Source: an uncultured bacterium
GTDB lineage: Bacteria > Macinerneyibacteriota > Macinerneyibacteria > Macinerneyibacteriales > DSCS01
DNA length: 64,000 nucleotides
Direction: 5' to 3'
Assembly: GCA_964548195.1 (NCBI GenBank)
Contig: CAZJQC010000004.1
Location: 17,403-81,402, forward strand
Positions 9,125-17,430 of the stretch are shown in pieces. The position numbers were made by a program, and so were the translations under genes. The number at the start of each line of letters is the position of its first letter. The stretch's first letter is position 1. The notes under the pieces are model-generated. The model was given only the letters and a program-made list of their open reading frames with translations. It made no database searches and was not told where the DNA came from.

Positions 9125-10027
9125 TCAGCCTCCTATGCTGCACTCAATGCCGCCGTCTGAAAAAACCGAACATGTCTCGGACAATTCCGTTTCTGAAAAA
9201 GCCTGTTCGCGGGGCATCTCCGTTTTCATCCCAAGCTTTATGTATTTATTATAGCCCAGCCTGTGAAACGGCAGAACATTTATCTTTGTCAGACCGTTCC
9301 CATCCATGATATTCTTCAATGCCGTCAATGAATGCTCATCATCATTGACGCCCCGTATCAGCGGGAAACGTATGATTATCTCTTTTCCCGTTTTGGCAAG
9401 ATATTTAAGATTGCTCAATATTATATCGTTGTCGACTCCCGTATAACGTCTGTGTGTCTCTTTTGAGGGCGTCTTTATATCGTACAGGTATATGTCGGTG
9501 TACGGCACCGTGCTTTTGATAATATGTTCGGGCGCATAACCGGATGTGTCCAGGGCGGTGCTGATATGATCCGCAGCGGCCGACCGCAGGAGTGACAGTG
9601 TGAATTCCGGCTGAAAAAGGGGCTCTCCCCCCGAAATGGTCATGCCTCCGCCCGATGTGCTGTAAAAGATCTTGTCTCGCGCCACCGTATCCATCACTGC
9701 TGCGGTGTCGGTCGGCATCCCCGAGACTTCCAGCGCCCCGGAAGGGCAGTTTTCCGCGCAGGCGCCGCAGCCGTCGCATAAAGCAATATCCGCCGCCGGC
9801 CTGCCGTCCGCAAAACGGAGCGCGGCTTTCCCGCAACTTTTTTCGCAGCCGCCGCATCCCAGGCACTTTTCGGCGTTGAACATCAGCTGTATGTGCGGCG
9901 AGATGCTTTCCGGGTTATGGCACCATATGCATGAGAGCGGGCATCCCTTCAAAAAGACCGTGGTCCGTATTCCCGGGCCGTCATGCAGCGCGAATCTTTT
10001 GATATCAAATATCATACCCTGAGCCAT
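9125..10027 (-). CDS. Glycyl radical enzyme activase (radical SAM with ferredoxin insert)
   Basis: HDGPGIRT, CPLSCIWCHNPE, two CxxCxxCxxxC motifs, SGGEP. Confidence 0.95.
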   Translation of the reverse strand: MAQGMIFDIKRFALHDGPGIRTTVFLKGCPLSCIWCHNPESISPHIQLMFNAEKCLGCGGCEKSCGKAALRFADGRPAADIALCDGCGACAENCPSGALEVSGMPTDTAAVMDTVARDKIFYSTSGGGMTISGGEPLFQPEFTLSLLRSAAADHISTALDTSGYAPEHIIKSTVPYTDIYLYDIKTPSKETHRRYTGVDNDIILSNLKYLAKTGKEIIIRFPLIRGVNDDEHSLTALKNIMDGNGLTKINVLPFHRLGYNKYIKLGMKTEMPREQAFSETELSETCSVFSDGGIECSIGG

Positions 10028-10089
10028 GAATATAAGGTATATAATAAAAGGATGTTGTCAAGCCATATAAAATTAGTTATCGTATCCGT
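10028..10089. promoter_or_regulatory. Overlapping divergent promoters sharing a TTGTCAA -35 core
   Basis: Minus: TTGACA-16-TACCTT-6-ATG(10027). Plus: TTGTCA-17-TATCGT-6-ATG(10090). Confidence 0.55.
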
Positions 10090-10380
10090 ATGGATGAAAT
10101 GAAAAAAAAGACAGGCGCAAGGCTTACCGATATTCCGGGGGTGGGGCCGTCCATCGCCTCCGATCTTGAAGAGCTTGGAATATGCCGCGCCGGAGACCTG
10201 AAAGGCAAAGACCCGGAGACATTGTATAAGGATCTGTGCCGTATCAGAGGGACACATATCGACAGATGTGTGCTCTATGTATTCCGATGCGCCGTATATT
10301 ATGCCGAAACGGAAAAGCATGATGGGGCATTGCTGAAATGGTGGAACTGGTCCGATAAAAACCTGAAACGGGATCAATGA
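10090..10380 (+). CDS. Helix-hairpin-helix protein (Cdd1-like family)
   Basis: IPGVGPSIA, DPETLY, DRCVLYVFRCAVY, WWNW. Confidence 0.85.
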   Translation: MDEMKKKTGARLTDIPGVGPSIASDLEELGICRAGDLKGKDPETLYKDLCRIRGTHIDRCVLYVFRCAVYYAETEKHDGALLKWWNWSDKNLKRDQ

Positions 10381-10598
10381 TATATAGGGTATTGGAGTAT
10401 GGCCCGTGCGCCTTTGATATTGGTGCCCTGCAGGGGGGACGGTGTATGCGGTGATGAATATGGCGGGGCCTGGCCGTCCGGTTTTCCGCGATAATGACAG
10501 TCATCACTGTAAGAATGGGTTCAATCAATTAAATATTCACCCGGGTTGCCGCGCATGGGAAAAAGAGCGCTCCCCGCAAGTGAAAGTCAGGAGTTGAA

Positions 10599-11021
10599 AT
10601 GAAAAAAAGTGATGCCGCGGCTGAAAATTTCAAGGGAACATGCAACTGCTGCCAGGCCGTGTTTCTTGCGTTCTGTAAAGATTACGGCATGGACGAGGAG
10701 GATGCGTTTCGGGTGGCTGCCGGATTCGGGGGAGGAATGGGACGTATGCAGGAAGTATGCGGCGCCCTCACCGGAGCTTTTATGGCCATAGGGCTTAAAC
10801 ATCACGCCGACAAAAAAGAGTGCTATCGTATGGTCAGAGAGATGGGAAGACGTTTTCGGGAGATGAACGGTGCGTTGACCTGCAGGGAACTCCTGGGCCA
10901 CGACCTCAATACGCCGGAGGGTGAAGCGGCCGCGGCTGAAGATGATGTCTTTAAAAAAGTCTGTCCCGGGCTGGTAGCCTCTTCCGCCGAAATACTTTCG
11001 GAGATGGTTGAAAGCGAATGA
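10599..11021 (+). CDS. C-GCAxxG-C-C family putative redox protein
   Basis: NCCQAV, GFGGGMG, CGALTG, further conserved Cys. Confidence 0.9.
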   Translation: MKKSDAAAENFKGTCNCCQAVFLAFCKDYGMDEEDAFRVAAGFGGGMGRMQEVCGALTGAFMAIGLKHHADKKECYRMVREMGRRFREMNGALTCRELLGHDLNTPEGEAAAAEDDVFKKVCPGLVASSAEILSEMVESE

Positions 11022-11165
11022 ATGCGGACGGGAAACATCGACGTTTCCCGCCATGTCAAATACCGCGATCTCAAAACACGGCTGTATGGCAGCTGTGCCT
11101 GCCGTATCCTCTCTTCGGGAGTTATTTTCTCCCGTCCGCCTGCTCCGTTGATTTAAAATGTTTTC

Positions 11166-12182
11166 TCACCATTCCGCTTTAGGGCGCAGCTCCTCCAACA
11201 CGGATGTCTCTATCCAATAGAGATCGGAATAACCGTTGGCGTGTGAGTTGTGCATCCTGTACAGGTCGGCATAGCTTAATCTGCCGTTTTCCGGCGATAT
11301 ATCAAGATATGAGGCGGAAAAGACCACATATTTCCCGTCCGGGGTCAGAGACACCGATTGCGCGGTGCTTCCCGCCAGATTGATCTCATTGCCCGCGTTC
11401 AGCGGTTTGCTCCACCCCCTGTACGCATCGTTGAAAGAGATAAATATGTCGGCGTTGTTTACGTTGTCTTCTCTTCCCGCCGCGCAGAAGAGCAAAAAAC
11501 GCTCTTCAGGGTCTACCCAGCCGTTGTATTGGTTTTTAACGGCGTTAACGTTTTCGGGAAGGGCGACTGCCTCTAAAAAACGGCCCTCTTTCAGTTCCGC
11601 CTTGCATATGCGGGACTCTCCCGACGCTTTGTCGCTTACCGTCAGGTACATATCGCCTTTTGATGTGAAGGAAGGGAAAAAGTAATTTTTATCTTTTTCC
11701 ACCGGCATGTCCGCGGGAACGGGTTCGGACCATGCCTTGCCGTTTTTGGAGGCATGCCATATGTGTTCGTAACCCCATCCTTTTTTGTACTCGTCACCGG
11801 GCAGCGGCCTTGTGGAAAGAAAATATACGCTTTTGCCGTCCGGCGAGAAGCAGGGCTCCGCGTCATAATAAAGTGTGTTGCCTGAGAAGGGAGCGGTTTC
11901 CGGAGCCGACCAGCTGCCGTTTGCTTTCGTCACATGGCAGATCACCGAATATCCCCGCCACATTATACTGAAGAATATCTCGTTTCCATCGGGCGACATG
12001 GAAAAGTCCCGCTCGTTCAACCCCGTGCTGATGATGCCCGGCGAGAAAACCGTCCTTGACCTTCCCGGCAGCGTCTTTACCGGGTAATTGCTTCTTATGA
12101 CGTTTGAGCTTCCCCATACTGTTATGATCATCACCGCGAAAAATATTATCAAGAGAGAAACTGCCAGAATATAATATCTCAT
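11166..12182 (-). CDS. Exported PD40/TolB-like beta-propeller protein
   Basis: N-terminal hydrophobic signal; repeated SPDG/TPDG and WSxP motifs. Confidence 0.85.
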   Translation of the reverse strand: MRYYILAVSLLIIFFAVMIITVWGSSNVIRSNYPVKTLPGRSRTVFSPGIISTGLNERDFSMSPDGNEIFFSIMWRGYSVICHVTKANGSWSAPETAPFSGNTLYYDAEPCFSPDGKSVYFLSTRPLPGDEYKKGWGYEHIWHASKNGKAWSEPVPADMPVEKDKNYFFPSFTSKGDMYLTVSDKASGESRICKAELKEGRFLEAVALPENVNAVKNQYNGWVDPEERFLLFCAAGREDNVNNADIFISFNDAYRGWSKPLNAGNEINLAGSTAQSVSLTPDGKYVVFSASYLDISPENGRLSYADLYRMHNSHANGYSDLYWIETSVLEELRPKAEW

Positions 12183-12296
12183 GATATTCTCCTTTCAATA
12201 TAATGATATAACGTACAGCCCATACGGCAATGATACTTTTGTGTGATTTTTCCGTATTGCTTGCATATGTGTAAAAAGCCCATATACTCATATATT

Positions 12297-13607
12297 ATGG
12301 CTATAAACAGGATACTCTTTCTCTTTTACAGGGACCTGAGACTTGAAGACAACCGGGGGCTTCGTGAGGCTCTTGCCGGCTGCGATGAGGTCTGGACTGC
12401 CGCTCTGCCCGCGGAATACGGCCTGAGGCCGGCGGAGAGAGACAATCTAAACCGCCGCTGCTTCAGGCATAATTCACTTTCGGAACTGGGCCGGCGCATC
12501 TCGGACAATGGCGGGAAGCTTATGAATGCCGGCGGGGACCCGGAGGCATTCCTGAAAGCGCTGCTTGCCGATTTTGCCGTCCGGGCGGTCTACATGAACG
12601 CGTTGTATGATGCCGGCGGCAGGGAACTCATTAAAACAATAAGGGATGTGTGCGTTTCCGCGGGGGCGGTTTTTGAAACCTTTCATGAGGGTGTGCTCTC
12701 CGAGCCGGGAACGGTGCTTAACGGCAGCGGTCTCCCGTACAGGGTCTTTACGCCATTTTATAAAAAATCCCGCATGGCCGACTTTCAGGTGTTTCCCGCC
12801 GGTGACCTCTCCAAATTATCCTCTCCCCGCGTCGGCGGAACCGATGGATTTACATCGCGGCCCGCCGAGTGCGGGGGGCCGCTTAAAGGCGGACGTGAGG
12901 AAGGGTTAAGCCTTATTGGCAGGATAAGGAAATGCGAGAGTTATTCCCTGATGCGCGATATTCCCGCGGTGTCAGCCACGTCATTATTGTCTGCGCATCT
13001 CAACAACGGCACGGTATCTCCCGCAGAGGTGCTCACAGGGGTTTCCGGGATGCGGGATGAGGAGATATTCAGGAAAGAACTGTTCTGGAGGGATTTTTTC
13101 ATACATGTCGCTTTTCATTTTCCCCGCGTCTTTACGGGGCCTTTTCGCAGCGCATATGAGACGCTTAAATGGGATGATTCTCCCGCCCTGTTCGAGCTGT
13201 GGGCAAAGGGGGAGACCGGATATCCTTTTGTCGATGCGGGCATGAGGCAGCTTGCTCTTACCGGTTTTATGCACAACAGGGTGAGGATGGCGGCCGCCTC
13301 CTTCCTCGTCAAGGACCTTCACATGGACTGGAGGAGGGGCGAAGAGTATTTTGCCCGCCATCTGACCGATTATGAACCTTGCGTGAACAATGGAAACTGG
13401 CAGTGGTCGGCATCCACAGGCTGTGACAGTGTCCCGTATTTCAGGGTCATGAACCCGGAGAGGCAGAGAAAAAGGTACGACCCGGAAGGGGTGTATATAA
13501 GGCGATGGCTTTTAAACGGCGGTGAGGGCGTAGAGCCGGTCGTAAACCATGCCGCCGAGCGCATGGAGACGTTAAGGCGCTATAAAAAGGCCGGGGATGT
13601 GATATGA
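12297..13607 (+). CDS. phrB: Deoxyribodipyrimidine photolyase / cryptochrome family
   Basis: RDLRLEDN, YRVFTPF, LSAHL, WRDFF, GETGYPFVDAGMRQL, GFMHNRVRM, NNGNWQW. Confidence 0.9.
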   Translation: MAINRILFLFYRDLRLEDNRGLREALAGCDEVWTAALPAEYGLRPAERDNLNRRCFRHNSLSELGRRISDNGGKLMNAGGDPEAFLKALLADFAVRAVYMNALYDAGGRELIKTIRDVCVSAGAVFETFHEGVLSEPGTVLNGSGLPYRVFTPFYKKSRMADFQVFPAGDLSKLSSPRVGGTDGFTSRPAECGGPLKGGREEGLSLIGRIRKCESYSLMRDIPAVSATSLLSAHLNNGTVSPAEVLTGVSGMRDEEIFRKELFWRDFFIHVAFHFPRVFTGPFRSAYETLKWDDSPALFELWAKGETGYPFVDAGMRQLALTGFMHNRVRMAAASFLVKDLHMDWRRGEEYFARHLTDYEPCVNNGNWQWSASTGCDSVPYFRVMNPERQRKRYDPEGVYIRRWLLNGGEGVEPVVNHAAERMETLRRYKKAGDVI

Positions 13608-13668
13608 CCGCTTTAATTCTAAATGAAAAGGCGTTTTAGTCTTTTAAACCGGAAAGGGGTTTGGGAAG

Positions 13669-14472
13669 ATGGTTGTAATAGACTATGGATGGAACTGCAA
13701 ACCGGAAGAGGCGGCGGGGGTGCTCCCGGCAGAGTGGGGCGTTAATCCCGGGGACTTGATGAGGCTGCATCCGGAGCGTGATTGCTATCACCCGTTTATA
13801 GCAAAATGTGAAGGCTTGACCGCAGGCTTTGCAAACCTGTTTGTATTCGGCGAGAGCGGATGGGTCGGCAATATATCGGTACCGGAAGAGTTTCGCGGAC
13901 GCGGTATCGGAGGCGCGTTGACAGACAGATGCATAGACGCCGCCGTCAGTGTGGGCTGCAAGGGGCTTCAGCTGTTTGCCACCGATATGGGAAAGCCGTT
14001 GTATGTAAAGAGGGGTTTTGTCCCCGCGTCCGAATACATCGTCATGGAAGGCGGACATTTTAGAGAAGCGGCTGTCGTCCCGGCGGTTTCCGCCGATGCC
14101 GGCGACCGTCAGTTTATACTTGAAGCGGACAGGGAGATAAACGGCGAGGACAGGTCCGTTTTTTTGTCAAAATACATGAAAGGCGCAATGGTGGTAAGAG
14201 GGGAGTCTGCTTTGAGAGGGTATTATCTCCCCGCTCTTGGCGCCGGATACGTGGGCGCCTTTGATCAGGAGGCGGGCATGGCATTGTGCGGGGCCAGGGC
14301 GGCTTCAGGCAGAAGCTATGTAATAGCGCCGGCAAACAACATTTCCTGGATGCGATATTTAAGGAGTTGCGGCTTTAAAGAGGAAAAACGCATACTGCGC
14401 ATGTATTTTAAAAGGGATAATATAAGACGCGAGGATTGTATTTTCAACAGAGGCACCGGCTACAGCGGATAG
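13669..14472 (+). CDS. GNAT family N-acetyltransferase (YitH-like)
   Basis: VPEEFRGRGIG, LFATDMGKPLY..RGF. Confidence 0.88.
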   Translation: MVVIDYGWNCKPEEAAGVLPAEWGVNPGDLMRLHPERDCYHPFIAKCEGLTAGFANLFVFGESGWVGNISVPEEFRGRGIGGALTDRCIDAAVSVGCKGLQLFATDMGKPLYVKRGFVPASEYIVMEGGHFREAAVVPAVSADAGDRQFILEADREINGEDRSVFLSKYMKGAMVVRGESALRGYYLPALGAGYVGAFDQEAGMALCGARAASGRSYVIAPANNISWMRYLRSCGFKEEKRILRMYFKRDNIRREDCIFNRGTGYSG

Positions 14473-14542
14473 AGTTTGGCACCAAAGTATCATGGAACAA
14501 CGGATCTTGTCCTTTATATTGTATCATAAAGGAGGAGATATC

Positions 14543-16534
14543 GTGAAAAGAACAATACTTATGATGATTTGTCTGTTATGCGCGGCGGCCTTTTCATTTG
14601 CCGGGGAAAAACCTGTTGTCTTGCTTGTGTTTGATGACGGTTACGGCGCCAATTATAATATTGACGATGAAACCGAGTCCATCAGGGAATTGCTGGCGTC
14701 CCTGGATCTTGAGACGGTCACGGCATCTTATGCCGGACGGGTCGCGCCCTGCGAATACGGCAGGGGGGTAAAGGGGCCGGTGCCATTCAAGACTGATCTG
14801 CGGACGAAGCAGCTCCGTAAACATGCATTTGACGCGGTGATGATAATGCCCGGCAGTAGCCACGCCGGATTGATGAAGGACTCGCGTTTTCATGAGTTTT
14901 TGAGGGACTTTGCAGCCACGGGAAAACCCCTGGCGGCCTGGTGTTCGGCGGTAAGGGTATTGGCGGCTGCGGATGTGATCAACGGGGTCACCGTTATCGG
15001 GGCTCAGGAATATAATGGCGAATATAGGGCGGCGGGAGCGCTGCCGGTAGTGATCGATGAGAAAAAAGACGCTCCTCCGCCCGTACTTTCGGGCAATATC
15101 ATCACAACGGTAAGGAGCCGTTTTTACAGAAGCGATATGTGTGAACTGCTTGAAAGGGTGGTCGAAAAACGCCGGCCGGACGTCGCTGAGACGGGGATAT
15201 TCCGGGCATATACATCTTTCGGGGCCGGTTATTTTTCCTCGGGCGCGGGATTTGCCGATACCGACGGGGACGGATGGCCGGACCTTATGGTGAGCAATGG
15301 CCTTGATTCCTATCCTCAGAAGAATACGGTTTTTATGAACAAACTCGGAGAGTTCGGCCCTGAACCTGATATTGTCTTTCCCCTCGCGGATACGTCCGGA
15401 AACATAGCTTTAGGAGACACCGATAATGATGGCGATGAGGACCTTCTGGTGACGTTTATCGGGAGAAGCGCGGAATCCTTTGCTCCGGGTCAACATAAGT
15501 TCTATGAGAACGATGGTTCTTTTGCCTCCCCGGACTGGGTGTCGGAACCGGGTAATGCGTTTTCAGCCTCTTTCGGCGATGTGGACGATGACGGTGACCT
15601 TGACATGGCGGTCGTGCAGGGCGCGAACTCGCTTAAAAAAGAGGATATAAAGTATCAGCCGATCGTCATCTATGAAAATAACGGGGGACGGTTCGGGGAG
15701 CATCCCGTATGGCAGTCCGAAGGGTTATATAACGGAAAGGACATTGAACTGGCTGATATGGATATGGACGGGGACCTTGACCTGATCGCAAGCGGGCGCG
15801 ACATGGGCGTGGAAGTCTATTTGAATGACGGCGGAGTCTATCCCCCGAGGCCCTCATGGAAGACCGGCGCCATCGTGGGAGCCAGGCAGATGGATATGGG
15901 GGATGTTAACGGCGACGGATATCCCGACCTGGCGGTGGCCGGAGTCGGAAACAACAGATTTTCAGGCGGGGCCTTTTACCTGTTTCTGAACGATAACGGC
16001 ATGTTCCGTAAAGAGCCCGTGTGGTCATGCGATCTCTATGAAGAACCCTCCTGTGTGGCCTGGTGTGATGTCGATTGTGACGGGGACCAGGATCTGATCG
16101 CAGGCGGCTGGATAGCGCATGCCGGTGTTTTTGAAAATAAGGATGGTGTGCTTGGCGGCGAATACGCCGATGCCTTCTTCGGCGACGGAAGAAGGACTAT
16201 GCCGCAGCAGATCGCCCTGGCTGACACCGACAGGGACGGGATAGTGACATCCGCCGAAGTCTTTCACATAGATTCACCGGTGAAGTCACTCAAAATAGAA
16301 AGCCTCAGCCCCATATCCGTCATCTCGGTGTTCAGGAACGGCAGAAAGATGGAACGCTCCGAATATTGTGTCGATAAGGCCAATAATCGGATGACTTTCG
16401 TGACAAGGCCGGCCCCGGGTGAGACGATAACGGTGGCGTATGAGTATTCCCTTGATATTGATATCATCGTGACGTCCCTTTATGATATCAAATATTTTAA
16501 AAACAGCGGCGGCTTGAGAATTTCCCCACGGTGA
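14543..16534 (+). CDS. Secreted DJ-1/PfpI domain + FG-GAP repeat protein
   Basis: Signal peptide; FDAVMIMPG...AAWCSAV; six to seven DxDxDG-DL repeats; GGAGG SD before GTG 14543. Confidence 0.8.
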   Translation: MKRTILMMICLLCAAAFSFAGEKPVVLLVFDDGYGANYNIDDETESIRELLASLDLETVTASYAGRVAPCEYGRGVKGPVPFKTDLRTKQLRKHAFDAVMIMPGSSHAGLMKDSRFHEFLRDFAATGKPLAAWCSAVRVLAAADVINGVTVIGAQEYNGEYRAAGALPVVIDEKKDAPPPVLSGNIITTVRSRFYRSDMCELLERVVEKRRPDVAETGIFRAYTSFGAGYFSSGAGFADTDGDGWPDLMVSNGLDSYPQKNTVFMNKLGEFGPEPDIVFPLADTSGNIALGDTDNDGDEDLLVTFIGRSAESFAPGQHKFYENDGSFASPDWVSEPGNAFSASFGDVDDDGDLDMAVVQGANSLKKEDIKYQPIVIYENNGGRFGEHPVWQSEGLYNGKDIELADMDMDGDLDLIASGRDMGVEVYLNDGGVYPPRPSWKTGAIVGARQMDMGDVNGDGYPDLAVAGVGNNRFSGGAFYLFLNDNGMFRKEPVWSCDLYEEPSCVAWCDVDCDGDQDLIAGGWIAHAGVFENKDGVLGGEYADAFFGDGRRTMPQQIALADTDRDGIVTSAEVFHIDSPVKSLKIESLSPISVISVFRNGRKMERSEYCVDKANNRMTFVTRPAPGETITVAYEYSLDIDIIVTSLYDIKYFKNSGGLRISPR

Positions 16535-16559
16535 CCGCTTTTCTTGACGATAACAGTCA

Positions 16560-16598
16560 TATGGAAGCTGTACTCTTTCGGCGGGGACGGCTTCCATA
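16560..16598 (+). other. Intergenic stem-loop (12-bp stem, one G-U), no clear U tail
   Basis: TATGGAAGCTGT...ACGGCTTCCATA. Confidence 0.45.
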
Positions 16599-16713
16599 AC
16601 CATGTTCTGTGCGGAGGACCTGTTAAAAACGTCTGTTTTCCCGCGGTTTATTTCTTGAGAAAGGAAAATAAATATTGTATGATAGCAGTGGTCTATTATG
16701 AAAGGGGATACGG

Positions 16714-17430
16714 ATGAAGAATCTTATAATGGCATTATTTGTGTTTGCGGGGTTAGCCACAGCCGCATACGGCTTTGATTACGGGATCGATGACGCTCTG
16801 ACACTGAGCAGGGGAACACCCGGCGCTATGGCGTACGCGGGCATATGGATGAACGAGGCTTCCGATATGAATGTTACCGGATTGGAAGCATCCTGGGGCA
16901 TCACCGACAATCTTATGATAACCGCAGGCGCCGACCTGTTTCAATTTGAAGACGGCGACTGGGAGGCGGACCAGTATTCAGTGGGCGCTAAAGTGGGTGT
17001 TATACCGGAAAAGGTCGCTCTTAAGCTAAGTTACAATTTCTCGGATGAAGAGAACAGCGATTATTACAGGATCACGGCAATCGGCATGACAAAGTTTTCG
17101 GACGCCTCGCTTATCGTGAATGCGGGATATGCTTCATCTGAAGCTACCGATATTATACCCGTGGGGGTGAGTCTCGGATTGCCGATCAGTTATACGTCAT
17201 ATTTGATCGTAAAGGGCCAGATGATCTATTCATTTGAAAGCGGCAGCCATGATAATTACATAAGACATCTTGAAGCTGGCGCCGGCCTTGGATATGAACT
17301 CCATGATTATGTGGACCTGGAACTTACCGGCACGCTTATCAGCCAGGCCCTTTATATCGGAGATGAAAAGACTTATGACGATGAGTTTGTCAAGTTTCAG
17401 GCCTGCATAAAATACAGGCCCGGTCTATAG
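16714..17430 (+). CDS. Hypothetical exported protein, probable outer-membrane beta-barrel
   Basis: Signal peptide; alternating beta-strand pattern rich in G/Y/aromatics. Confidence 0.6.
   Translation: MKNLIMALFVFAGLATAAYGFDYGIDDALTLSRGTPGAMAYAGIWMNEASDMNVTGLEASWGITDNLMITAGADLFQFEDGDWEADQYSVGAKVGVIPEKVALKLSYNFSDEENSDYYRITAIGMTKFSDASLIVNAGYASSEATDIIPVGVSLGLPISYTSYLIVKGQMIYSFESGSHDNYIRHLEAGAGLGYELHDYVDLELTGTLISQALYIGDEKTYDDEFVKFQACIKYRPGL

Noticed and set aside
10381..10598. Possible cobalamin riboswitch (GGTGCCC, CACTGTAA, TGGGAA, AAGTCAGGAG fragments)
   Set aside because: The core AGGGAA-GGTG-AA-TCC and the ACCTGCC end of the B12 box are missing, and GGAG is simply the SD of the next gene. 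An Rfam scan would settle it.
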